From assembly GCA_000320545.1 (NCBI GenBank), contig ADNK01003197.1:1-58567 (forward strand): a stretch of 58,567 nucleotides of DNA, read 5' to 3'. Below are positions 39,005 through 51,486 of the stretch, in pieces. Below the pieces are notes generated by a model. That model had not been told where the DNA came from. It saw nothing but the letters and a program-made list of their open reading frames with translations, and did no database searches. The stretch comes from Bigelowiella natans CCMP2755 (lineage: Eukaryota; Protista; Cercozoa). Positions within the stretch are counted from its first letter, which is position 1. Each line of letters opens with the position of its first letter. A program made the position numbers and the translations under genes.

Positions 39005-39045
<41 letters not shown>

Positions 39046-39637
39046 GTTTTGATCATTCAAGAAATGGCTTTAAAATTTAATAATGGTAGCAGCTAAATTT
39101 ACCACTCTTCCCCCGGATAATCAGATTCTGGGCAGTTTACGATAAGTCGAAAGGATTTGATCCGTGGAAAGTTGGCTTGTACAGGTCAAAAACCTAGTGG
39201 TGGCTGATTCGTCTGCATAAACGTGGGAACCAGAATGGAAAATACTTTGGCTTTCGAGCATAAATTAACTTGCAGTACTTTGCTACCCCTTAATTTATCA
39301 GTTTGATCTCCGTTCTCTTGGTGATGCAGTGTCTACAGAATGTCTACCTTGGCCAGGCATTGTAATAATCCCTTAATAACTCTCGTCCCAGATCTTATTT
39401 ATCAATATTTTTCTAACATTAGTTAGTATAACGCACCTCAATGCCGTAATTTCTTGAAACGTTTTCCTTAAAGAGCGGCCAATTGTAGTATCGTGTTTCA
39501 ACAACTTATATATCGACACATCCTCTTCTTTCGATCCCCGGCCAGCACTGCGCCTGGAAGGACGCCCTTACCCCTTGTCGCCCCCAGCATTAGGAAACGA
39601 GTTGCTATTGGAGGCCTGGCGGTTAGTAGTGATGACA

Positions 39638-39671
<34 letters not shown>

Positions 39672-39749
39672 CAATGGTGGTAATCAACTTCTCCCCCCTC
39701 TCGCCCTCATATATTACACACGCACGCACACGCACACACACACACACAC

Positions 39750-39816
<67 letters not shown>

Positions 39817-40496
39817 TAAAAAAGATAGGGGGGCATGAAACGCGGTGTGGGGCTGTTCACACGTACCAAAGATCATGACATACAGTTGGTCGAAAATTAC
39901 CTCTGACTGATGTCCATGTTTTCAGGGAAGAACCAGGCAAGTGTCAGAGCTTCAAGCCGCAGCGTTCCATATCGTAGCAGGTACGCGCTTTACCTACGAA
40001 CACACACACAAAAACCACTCACTTGTGCTCACAAGTGTAAAGTGTAAGAGTATAAGACGATGCTAAAGCGTATGAAGAAGGAAGATACCAAAACCTTTAG
40101 CATTAGCGAGGGCATATGCACCAGTATGGTGTATGTGTGTGCGTGAGGAGGGGGGGGCGGATCAGCATCGCATTATTCTAGAAGCAGGCTCGCTAGCTAG
40201 CTAGCTGTAGTTTGAACACACAAGCCCATTAGAAGCCGCTTTGATACAATACTTACATTAATGTATTCGCAGTTTTGGTATCGTTTCGTCTGTATAAGTC
40301 CCTTCGTGAGCAAGAATATCTCAGTAGCCACTCGCATCAAAGCATGCAGCAACAGCAGCAGCAAGCACCCTCTTGGAATCAAAAGTCATTTGACGAAGAC
40401 GGTGAGGAGGAAGAGAAGCTTGTTCATGATACAGAAATGAGCGTGGTAAATCGAAAGAAGAAGGTTGATCTTGAGATGCCCTCTGCAGAAGGATGA
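38500..40496 (+). CDS. Small multi-pass membrane hypothetical protein, multi-exon
   Basis: Exons giving SMRVLLVLHFLLAIVG, FWAVYDKSKG, SVLLVMQCLQN, ILFINIFLTLVSITHLNA, VSELQAAAFHIVA and LVSFRLYKSLREQE...EG*. Start approximate. Confidence 0.5.
39630..39816. repeat. Compound (GAT)n ... (CA)n(TA)n(GA)n microsatellite cluster, intronic
   Basis: Directly visible. Confidence 0.9.
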
Positions 40497-40549
40497 TCGA
40501 TAACTGACCAAGAACCCAATGCGAGAAAGTACACCTAGGTGCTAATCGA

Positions 40550-41230
40550 GACTCTTCTTTTAGCGCTAGCGTACTACTTAACGCAAAGTGCTAGACCACA
40601 TACGGCGAGATAATGTCTCGTTCTGATAGGCAGTACATATCGATTCATATGCATCTAGATGTAGACTGTACACGTGAAGCTTACATTCCATCTCAAGACA
40701 TCTCTAGATATAATTAACAAAATGGACCTTTTGCTCGACAGTGTCTGCATGTTCGACTATAGACATTGTTTCGTTATTGGTCGACCGTATATCACTTGCT
40801 AGATCGATCATACAATGATATATATCTAGCTAGCTAGATATGCTAGAATATGCGTCCTGCTGCTGAAGCCTGTCTAGCTTACTTCTGTGAGCTCTATCTA
40901 GCTATCTAGCTATGTGGTCAGCCAGCGTCGTGCATCGTCGTCGCACGTACATGCTAGCATGCAGCTGCATGCATGACAGACACCACTAGACCACGTATCA
41001 TCATAGTACTACGCTATATAGCATGATCCTACATTTACACATGCTAGCATACAGTAAACATCTAGACATATTAGGATTACTGTGTCTATTATTACGTCGT
41101 AACACTATATGTATGTACAGTAGCACGCCAATAAAGGGTTACTGTCTAGCTAGCTAGCTGCGCATGTGTTCATCATCTGCGGCTGGCGTTCCGCAATGAT
41201 GGGCATGCATGCGCATGTTCTAGCGCTAGC
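40550..41230. other. CTAG/GCTAGC/CATG-rich intergenic block between convergent genes
   Basis: atctagctagctagatatgctaga, ctatctagctatctagct, gtctagctagctagctg and gcatgcatgcgcatg. Confidence 0.7.
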
Positions 41231-41511
41231 ATTTTGTTTCGCGTTTCCAACCACCATTTATTTTCAGTACAAATTTATTATGAGTTAGAAAACCCTCGTA
41301 CTCTACATTTTCATCAGCTAAAGCCGTGATTGTTGTACTGTTTCCCACAAATGGGATGAAAGATTCAGCTTCGCTGCTGATTTGGTCCTTCATTGATTAA
41401 CAATGAAGGAAAATTAAAAACCTGGCTGACCAAAGAACGGATGCTAGAAAGATGGATATACTGTTACTTAATTGACAAAATAGGTAGCAACACTGCATGT
41501 CGATGTGCCCT

Positions 41512-44033
41512 TTATTTACGGCTTTTACGGCGTCGCTTTGCACTAGAAGAAGCTTTCTTTTTCTCAGCCGCAGTCTGTTGGATGAATCATTACATCTCAG
41601 TTCTCGATGGTGATTAAAATTTTTAAAAATTGTGGATACCTTTCTTTTCTTGGATTTCTTTGGAGGTTCTATTTTTGTAAACGTTTATTAAAACAGTGTT
41701 TTTTTGTCAAGCAGGATTGGATTCACCTTCTTCCTCTTCTTCATCCTCGTCCATGTTTTCGTCTTCGTCGTCTGACTTTTTCTTTTTAGGAAGTTCGTCT
41801 CCAAGAATCTACGATATACCGACTGTAAGATATAGAATGCTGAACTTCACTCATTCGATTACCTGTTCATACGAAGTCCTAACAAGACTTAGAATTTTCG
41901 ACTTAGATGCTTTCTGCAGCTTAGACATAGACTTCAACTTGTTCCTAAACAAACAATTATCGGGATATCAGCGCTGAGCTTAGGTAGGAAATAGTTATGC
42001 GTACTTGAGATCAGAGATAGTATTATCTCTATCCTTGATCTGTTTCTTGAGTTTCAAGAGATGGTCGTCCTGGCAATTTGATAAGGGGGTCAAGACAAGA
42101 ATTTCGATTCATATCTGTAGTTTACCTTAGCTTTAAGAGCAGCAGCAAGCTTGTCTTTCATCTTTTCAATTTTCTCCTTAGACTTCTCCTTCATCTCCTT
42201 GAATTTCTAGGTATTTTAGATCAAAATTACGACGGAAATCGCGATGTGGTTAATTTCACGTAGAACCTCTTTGAACTTCTCTCCGAGAGCTTCTTTCTTC
42301 TTCTTCGCAGAAGTGTCCTCTTTCTTCTCCTTCTTAGTGGTTTTTTTGGTGGTAGAAGCAGCAGCTTTCTTGGCATCCTGGATTTTCCACTGTATTAGTG
42401 TAATCGGTGGTCGACGTTGCTAATGGAAGTACCTCGATATGTTGGAGGATCTCAGATGTATCAACTAGTTCGTCCCGGTACCTAAACACCAGACATTAGG
42501 ATTTTCTACTCGGATCAAACATTACTGAGGATTAATTACATCACGAAGCTCGCGTCTCCTTCCTCATCCTCCCATGGTTTTCCAGATTTGGGATGCTTCA
42601 TTTTAAGCTGATCAAATCCCCAACGCTCTAGAAGTGCCTTCATAGCATCGTTGTCTTCTCCTGCATAATACATCCAAATTTCAGATCGGATGATGCCTGA
42701 ATTTTCGATACTGCTTTTAAACTCACCATCCGCGACGCTCACTATAACTTTCTTCATGCCGCACTTCACGAGAGCAAGTGCGATCAAGAGATCTCCGTGC
42801 CTGAACAGAATTTTCTTAATTTCGAGGCATAATTGGACTTGTATTGGTAAGTATACCCAGCGCCACAAAGAATTGGGACATCAGACCAAATCTTAGATCC
42901 CATGCGATCGTTGCCGATTTCCTTCTGCATTTATTCAAGTATCTTAAAAATTTGAAGGAAACTCTAGTACAGAAACTTGTTATACCGTGATATCCTTCCT
43001 GCCTGCAAGCATGATAGGATCAACTTCGTAGTGTTCCTCATCAGGACCAGGGTACATGCTCAAGTAAGCGTTGTGCATGACTACGAAGCCACAAAGTAAG
43101 TTGTCTCCTGATAAATGTTGGAGTAAGTTTTCCTGTAACTGGATTGTAAAAGTTAAATCTAACCGGTCTTTTGACGTAGAGCAAAGATTCGAAGCCCGTT
43201 CCACCAAAAGTTTGATTTGCTGTATGACTTGCTGTATTCCTTATCCTCAGGTGGACTGTTATCCAGCTTGGTAGAACCGGCAAGAAAAGATCCGTGCTTG
43301 CAGGAGAAGTAGTTGTACATGAATTCTGTACGAACTTTTCCCTAACGATGTTTTTCGAAAGATTAAGCTCCAGGAAAGGCACACAGTGTAAAATACCAAC
43401 CTTTGTGAGATGGCGAGCACGACCTCCCTTTCTGAGTTCGCCATGGATTTCCTATTCAGATAATATCAGAAACTGACATTTTCACGGCCTGTAGTAACAC
43501 AGCTTACCTCGGCGTTCTCATCAGTGACTTCGAAGATCTCCACCTTGAGCTTGTTAGCGAATTTTTTCAGGGCTTTGTCTAGCTCTTTCATGGTCTCCTT
43601 GTCAAACGTCTGATAGGTAAAGAATTGTTACTTACTTAGCAAAGCAAAGTCTATCACATTAATTGATACGATTAAATGTTATACCTTCTTTGGAGTCTTT
43701 GAGGAAGAAGTCTTCTTGGATGCTATAAACAGGACAAATCATGAGTATACTACGTCTTAGGAGCAGTGCCGGTAGCTTATAGGTCACACCACTGAAACCG
43801 TTATTGTATATTGGATACAACAATTTGTACACAGTATTTCTTATTTCTATGAACTCAACACACGCCACTACGCCCATCCTCTCCTCTGCCAACGGCCTCA
43901 TCTGCTCACCTGTCTTCTTGGAAGCCTAACGGTTAAATATTCAATTAGCTCCGGTTTCACCCATCACTCCTACTTTTTTGCCCAATCGCTAACCGTTAAC
44001 AACTACCCCTAATAAAACTTGTTTTCCCACCAT
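41512..44033 (-). CDS. GNAT-fold acetyltransferase-like protein with Lys-rich N- and C-terminal tails, about 16 short-intron exons
   Basis: First coding exon is ATG only (44033-44031). Spliced MASKKTASKKTSSSKTPKK...LLCGFVVM...DVPILCGAG-HGDLLIALALVK...VIVSVAD-GEDNDAMKALLERWGF resembles GNAT motifs A and B. Ends KKASSSAKRRRKSRK*. Confidence 0.6.
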
Positions 44034-44229
44034 TTATGTAACGCTAAGGGAGATGAAATGGTTGGGGGGTGGCAACCTTGATGCTTCCGCGCCTGCTCGC
44101 TGCTTTACCGCGGGCCATTGTTTGGTTGGTTGTTTGGGTTTTTTTTTGTAAACCAATTTGGAGCAAAGGAGGGCGATTCCTGTCAGGTGCTTCTGTTTGT
44201 GATCCTGCGACGTAAAACTTTCAAAATAG

Positions 44230-45390
44230 TTAAAATACAAAATAAAAGGTCAGGAAACAATTATCCCCTTGTATTTTAGTCATATAAATTGAACCGATAA
44301 GTCGTAGTAAATTTATGGCATTGACTTCGGCCAAAAATCAAGCGTGATAAGATGAAATATATATTTCATAAATAAGAGATCATAATTAAATTAACTTATT
44401 TGTAATACTAAGCATGTTATATAAATACGACATCATTTTCAAATTGTTTATGCAACTTGTATCTACAAAAAAAAAACCAAAATGATATATATCAATCTGA
44501 ATCTGTTGTCAATGGCAGCTTGGAATCAGGGCGTAGTGGAGGAGAGGAGGGGGTTTTAGCGATACAATCTTTTCAGTCAAATTTAGTTGTTTATTTCCCG
44601 ACTAATTAATGGAATTTTTGAACCTTTAAAGAACAAAAAACTTCAATGTACGCGTAAAAAAATCATATTTGAATGACTTTTGTTATCATGATGTACACAT
44701 TTGAAACAATAAAAGCCTTAATATTATTTAAGATATTTAATATGTGATAAAAGTGCTCTTCTTAAATTTTGTTTGATATTTTCCTCTTACAATAGCTTAT
44801 AGTATGCTGTCGTATTAATTATTTATCCTTCATAATGGTGAAAAATTTGGTTCGTCTCTGTCATTTATTGGGTGATTGGTAATGGGTATGCTCTTTCTTA
44901 GCGGGAATTGAAGCATTTGGAGTCACAGGAGAGTGGAAATAGAAATGTTAGGTAAATATTCTCATCATAACTACTACGAATAATCAACCTTAAATAATTG
45001 AAAATACAGGTAAATAATTATATGTTTACCCATTCCACACAAATATGTAGAGAATAAATGCAAATAATTCTTCATTTTGTAAAATTTTGTAACTCAGGTA
45101 GAAACTTCGAAAAGAAAGATGTAGGAAATGACACTTGATAACACACACCGACGTCAAGATTCCAACGAATCAATATCGCAACAGTCTCAAAAAATTCTAG
45201 TCCATAATCGATGTTTTTAACAAAGACAAGACGCTATCATCAGAAAATGACCGTGACGCTTTTTTCAGAATTATTTTATGTTGTGAAGCAAACACTGTCC
45301 CGCGTGTAGAAGAATAATTTGGTAATTGAACATATTTTAGTGTTTTTACCTAATGTTGTAATTATGCACTACTAACGGTAACACGCCCGT
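44230..45390. other. AT-rich island between divergent genes
   Basis: Visibly much lower GC than its flanks. No ORF of 60 aa or more lies within it in the track. Confidence 0.75.
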
Positions 45391-45674
45391 TTATTTTTCG
45401 GCTTGAAAGGGCGCGAAAAGTGAGTTTCTACCTGGAGAGACCGTTAGGAAAATTGATCGGATTAACACGAATGTGGTGGATATGATGAATTCTCGTCGTT
45501 GTAGGTTGACGCACTTTGAGAAACTGGTATGTTTCCGGTTAAAAGTGGTACATCTGGTGGGATTATGGAGAAATTGCGAAATAAATTGGTGTGAGAGAGA
45601 GATTGGAGTAGGGCAGCTTGCTAGCATATCTACGTCGACGTGTAGTTGTAAACCCTTCTCACCAGTCGTCGGCC

Positions 45675-46453
45675 ATGGGCGGAACACATGAACCAAAACC
45701 AATTGGAAGGATCATCGCCACTCTGTGCGTTGTTCTTTGCGGGTTGATGTCCACATCACTCATTCCAGGTGCTTGTCATTACCAGGTTGATGTGCCGTTG
45801 AAGCTCATCTGGGGTGTGTTGTTTGCTTAGCATCTAAGCATGTAAATATCAAGTCAATGGTAGTTCCGGGTTCGCGGGGAAGAGTGCTCCGACCACAAGC
45901 GTCTAGAATATGCAATGAAAATCGTGAGAAAATCAATACTCTTTCGCTGCCACAACGTCAAAGAAGGCGACAGGTTTTCCATTTTTATATTGCTCAGATG
46001 AAGAGAACACAACGCATATTCTCAGGTAGTACCAGGGATAACGTTGCTGGCCCTGTCAACAATTGCAGGACCTGCTCCCTCTACTCGAAAAGCGAGCGCA
46101 GGTATCCTTGGCAGTTAAATAGTTAATCCATACTAGCGGTCGGACAAGACTGTCAATCAAAATATTTAAAGGCCGTTGCTAGAACTAACTGTAATTGCTA
46201 ATATTCCAATTTTGGAAATATTGCATTAGAGATATGCAATATACTTTAATGTTTGAACTACTTCAACAGATATTTCGAAGCCCAAACGAACTGGTCTAGC
46301 TATTGAGGAAATACGTTCCATTCTTCAAGAGGACTTTGAGACTAGAAATTCTTTCGCGTCCGGAGATTTATCGGTTTATTCTTCTCTGACCCCCATCCCC
46401 TTGGACTCATTGCTCCGACTATATATTATTAAGTTTGAAATACCCGTATTCTC

Positions 46454-46490
<37 letters not shown>

Positions 46491-47331
46491 ATGCACGTAT
46501 ACACACGCACACGCACACGCGCACACATTTAAGTGCACGAATGTGTGTACACGATTCACTTGTGTTCGTTTCCTATCTCCTTGATAATTCCTTCCTTAGG
46601 AAGATATTTACGACGATAACTGCGTCTTTACTGATCCAATTCAAGTGACGAACGGATTAAAAACTTACATCAAAGGAGTTCAGGTGACAGTTTATTTGAC
46701 TACTATCACATCCTCGACGTCAATTTCTTTTATACGTATTCATTTGACAGGCTCTGTTTAATCCAAAGTTATCGAAGTGTCGATTGTTGGAACCAATGAC
46801 AGTTACTGAGAACGGTGATAGTGCTAGTTAAAACAACGTTATCAATATTGTGTTTCTGAGGATATGCTGCAGATTTGCCGATGTTTGTTTCTTGCATGAG
46901 CATTTATCTTTTAACTGACAAAGCTCGCCATGATATAAGGTCGTATATTTGCTCGTTGGGAAGCGGAGTTTGTAACGAATCTGCCTTTCTCTCCAAAATT
47001 CAAGCCATACACGGGTAGGCTGAATTCTTACACGTATAGTAAACGTGAAGTCACACAAGGGTCGATTAAAATCCATAATATCAATTGCAGGAACGACGAC
47101 GTACACGGTGGATAAAAGAGGGCTTGTCATCGATAGGTGAGCCAATGAATCCAGACCATGAGCAGTGAAAGTTGCATGGTGGCTGATGTTTGCTTTGTCA
47201 CTTGTCGTTCAACTGTTGCTTCTAGCTTTGAAACTTGGGATAAATCTGTGGCCGCTGTGAGCACCTCTCTTCATTTTTGAAGAGGCGACCTAGGGCGGTG
47301 GGTGGACTAGATGCTCCCTCCTGGGGCATAA
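45675..47331 (+). CDS. DUF2358 (SnoaL/NTF2-like) protein with signal peptide, transit peptide and twin-arginine lumen signal
   Basis: Spliced IRSILQEDFETRNSFASGDLS-EDIYDDNCVFTDPIQVTNGLKTY...ARWEAEFVTNLPFSPKFKPYT-GTTTYTVDKRGLVID-SFETWD. Leader is IIATLCVVLCGLM, then a basic Ser/Arg-rich stretch, then QRRRQ-VVPGITLLALSTIAG...ASA. Confidence 0.8.
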
Positions 47332-47399
47332 ATCTGAGCACACATTCTGTATGTTCGAGGGGCATGTCTTACGTCATCTGCATACCTGGCTGTAAATCT

Positions 47400-48570
47400 T
47401 GACTTCTAGACATGTGCGCGCATCAGAGCTCCAGTTACAAATGATGGTTCATTATGCGTGTGCACGTGGTGCCGCCTGCCAGCCAGCGCGCCACTGCGAA
47501 CACACAGCTAGTCCTACTTACGCATGCTATAATATTGTAATTAGCACATGTATAACTACAAATATGTGCAGATGTACCAGCGGCCATGCTATGCATGATG
47601 ATTATTCGAAATGCTATAAAGCGATGTATGAGTGCATCGTGCACTCACGCGTTGCACTTGAACATCACGATGGACACATGCACAACGACACGTGTGCGCC
47701 CAGCTGAAATGTGCGGGCACGTAGGTTTTGTGCAGTCTTTGCAATTACCTGCAACGGCGCGCGTGCACACATGCAATGGCGATCAGGCGCGGTGTACATG
47801 GTTGAGCATTTGTGCCTGTGCCTCCTTGTTGTGTTGCGAGGCGGTGATGCGCTGCACCAACAGCGCGCATCGCATGCCGCAAGTGCTAGATGACTAGCTA
47901 GATGGGTGAGCTGCGATGAATGCTAATAACTAGTTCTAGTAGAGTTCTAGCTAGAGTTGTTCATATTCATGCATGCCAGCTAGCTAGCACTTAGAGCACA
48001 ACATCGAGATGGATGCATGCAGGCATGGTGTTGACGCTTATGCTAGACCTTGCGGTGGTGCCCAAGGACGTCCACATTTGTGCACCGGCGTGTCAGCGCG
48101 TTCATTTTCACACATACGCACACACATGCGCGTTTCTCAGATCCAAAGATCAACACGCATGCGTGGCAAGACCACATTCGTTGCGGTGCGTTGCACACTA
48201 GCGCACTTCATTCGGCGAACATTTGCAATTCCTATGCAAGTCTGTCATGTCGCGTCTATTGATTAGCAGCCTAGCAGCGCGCCAGCGCTGCATCTGTTCG
48301 TCAGAATGCATTTTACTTCTTCCAGCATAGTCATGCTGCATGCTAGCATGGGTCATGGATGGAAAATGCTCAGTGCACAGTGCATCTATTTCACATTAGT
48401 AACGCACAGAAGGCTGCGATTTAACACCGAATCTGTAGCGCGCTCCTATTAAAGCAATGAAAGCTAGCAAAACAAATTTGACAACCTACTATTTAGCCTG
48501 GCTGCATTATGATGTTTATGATCATGTTGAATGTAAATTGGCTTATGTTTTGATCGATGCACACCACTAG
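47400..48570. other. TpA-poor, CTAG/CATG/TGCA-rich intergenic block between convergent genes
   Basis: Only 3 TA in 47641-47880, then 9 CTAG within about 47885-47987. Confidence 0.8.
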
Positions 48571-48576
48571 ATACTT

Positions 48577-49256
48577 CTAATACTTGTATGTATTGCTGAT
48601 AAATTCAGTCACAGCCACGCTATCTCCCTCCCAAACCTTACTCTTGCCATTACTGTCCAGAGCAATCTCTAAATCTTTCTCGCTCACATGCATGTTGGCG
48701 AACATTTTCTTCTGGAAAAGGTTATATTGGCTACAACTCGCTTCGCTGCTCACGTTACCACCGTGATCAAAGGATGCAACCTTGCTCGCAGCACCCGCCG
48801 AGGCAGATTTCTGTTTCTCATTCTTGCAGTTATTTTCCTCGTTTTTCTCCTCCTCTGTCCTCACTTCTGTTTTGATGCTTCTTCTGCTTCTTCTTCTTCG
48901 TAGATCCTCTTCAAGAGTTACAGCGTACCTAAGATGCACACAGCAACGATGTCGACAGCCATTTCCATCAGAATAGCCTCTCCGTCAACATTTTCCTACA
49001 ACCGTCATCGCATCTGTAGCATGCATATACATATGTACACTGTACACATTTTAGATACACATGCATATGTACAACTTCTTCATATGCTGATTCTGCTGCG
49101 AAATTCTGCTAACCGCATTTATTCGTATCATCCTCATCGGCAACACAGGACTTAATCATCATGTTTGTTCGAATTTACAGATCGCGATCGCCATTGTTAT
49201 CGCCTCCATGCTGTCCTTCTTTCCTCCCTCCTTCCTTCTCTTCTTTCGGGCGCTGT

Positions 49257-49290
<34 letters not shown>

Positions 49291-49709
49291 GTTCCATCGT
49301 CGCATGGGTCGTCGTCGATGACATTCTCGCTGTTTTGCGTAGCAATCTCTTCGTATCCTCGTCTGTACCTATCCCTGTTGTCGAGGAGGAGGATCGCTTC
49401 GATGAAGCCGTATTGCTCATGAGCGATAGCCTCGCAGGTGAGCTTGAGGCCGCGCTAGTAGCAATACTGCTCGTGGCGAGGCAAGTGCAGGTTTCATACC
49501 TGTTGTTGCTATAACTTCCATGCATTTCCGACATGATCATATTGAGGAGATTTCCTGCATCAGGGCGCTCCTTTGCATCGTATCTGAGGCAAGAAGCGAT
49601 CAAGGGCATTGCGAAGGCCATTGTCTGCCGCACATCTGGGGGGAAAATGAATGTAGGCTGAAATTTATCATGATCGTCTCGATGATTCTCAATAATAATT
49701 AATAATGTC

Positions 49710-49747
<38 letters not shown>

Positions 49748-50134
49748 TTACGGAGGAGGATAATGGCTATGATCTCGATGGCGATGCACATGCACAAACG
49801 GCATGCAAAACTAGTTCACTGAATAGACAGAATATCTGGACGCATAAATTCAAAAAGTCATCATAAAATAAGTTGCTCAGTTACTCAGGGCAGCAGCAGC
49901 AGCAGCAGCTGCTTCAATGCACGTGATAACCTGGAGGGATAGCAAGCCTAACATCTCCCTTTATAATAGCTCGGATGGGGTTGTCCAGTAAATGCGCTTG
50001 TTCATGATAAGGGCTGCTGCCCTTGGTAGCGATTTCCCACAAAGCTACTCCAAACGCCCAGATGTCACTTCGTGAGTCAAACTTGCGAGTCTTTAGAGCT
50101 TCTGGTGAGGCCCATGCCCTGCAAAGAACAAGAA

Positions 50135-50175
<41 letters not shown>

Positions 50176-51415
50176 AGAATAATAATAAGAAGAAAGGGTC
50201 GTGGATACAATCATATATACACGCGCCGATGAAAGAAGATGATGATGATGATGAGCTAATGCCTATGCGCTGGGTACTATTAGTCGAGTGCTTTTATGTA
50301 TGTGATAGCTGCAGAAACAACATATCAGTGCAAAGGATCGTGCCTACCATGGAAACGTGGAATGTCGTATTTCGTAGTAGCTTTCCTCTCGGCTGAGGAT
50401 GCGTTATAGCCCATAATCTGATACAAGGACTGTCCCGTTTTCTTTCATAAGCAGATTCCTGCACTGTTGAATGATTAAGTGAAAAAACAGTTGTTGAAAG
50501 AAGAAGAAGACTGCACTGTTGAATGATTAAGTGAAAAAACAGTTGTTGAAAGAAGAAGAAGAAGAAGAAGAAGGAGATGATGATGATGAAAATTGTTCAT
50601 ATACGGGAATTGATACGAAAAACGTTGGTAGTTATCCCAATCTATCCCCACTGCACTGATGATGCAGTGCTGTTGACAACAATTCAAACGATCTGCTTTT
50701 GCTAATAACCATGCTATTACAGCGATGTCCCTGTGCACAATCCTTGCTTCATGGAGGCACTTGATGCCAGCGCACACGTCCTTCGCTATTCGAAAGAATC
50801 TAAAGACAACGTGGATATATGATAGGTTTAGCATTAGAATGGAAGGCTGGGACAAAACGAAGACAAAACTGATAGGAAATAGTGCAAGTAGCGACGGGGG
50901 GGGATACCTGAGAGCCTCAGTTACGAAACATTCAAATGATTGACCATCACAGTAATTGCATTAAAAACAAAGGAACATGCAACATGCTGCATTGAAATCT
51001 CCAACGTCGTCATTTTCAGTAATACCCATCGATCACTGATCATCATCGCTCCGCTACCACTACTACTTGCACCACCTCTCTCTCTGCCTGAGGTCCTCCT
51101 TGTCGTGCAAAGTTGTCAGGTCTCCTTTCTCACAGAACTCGACTATTATGCACAGTTTTCTCTTCAGAGTCACGATTCCTAGCAGCTGCACCTTCATGGA
51201 AGTGTGAGCACATGAAGAATACTTTCAATGAGAGATGGATGATGATAGTAACTCAACTGATTGCTACAGACCAAATTGGGGTGCGCCTTTAGATTTGCCA
51301 TCGTCTCCAATTCATGCATAGCATCAGATGAAAAACCGCCTGCTTTCTTCGGGACTTTAATCACCTATCAGAAAAAACCAACTAAATTTTATTCATCGTT
51401 GTACATTGGACGCGC

Positions 51416-51486
<71 letters not shown>

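Noticed and set aside
39493-39876. ORFs with poly-H/M/I/YI/ER runs (also ~11512, 33228, 36398, 55282)
   Set aside because: These are translations of intronic microsatellites.
47399-48266. Many overlapping His/Cys/Met-rich ORFs (also 5135-6328 and 57256-57891)
   Set aside because: Loss of TpA removes TAA/TAG stops in all six frames, which inflates spurious ORFs.
50404-50406. Alternative genetic code with TAA as a sense codon
   Set aside because: Other genes here (iota-CA, GILT-like, GNAT-like) terminate at TAA.
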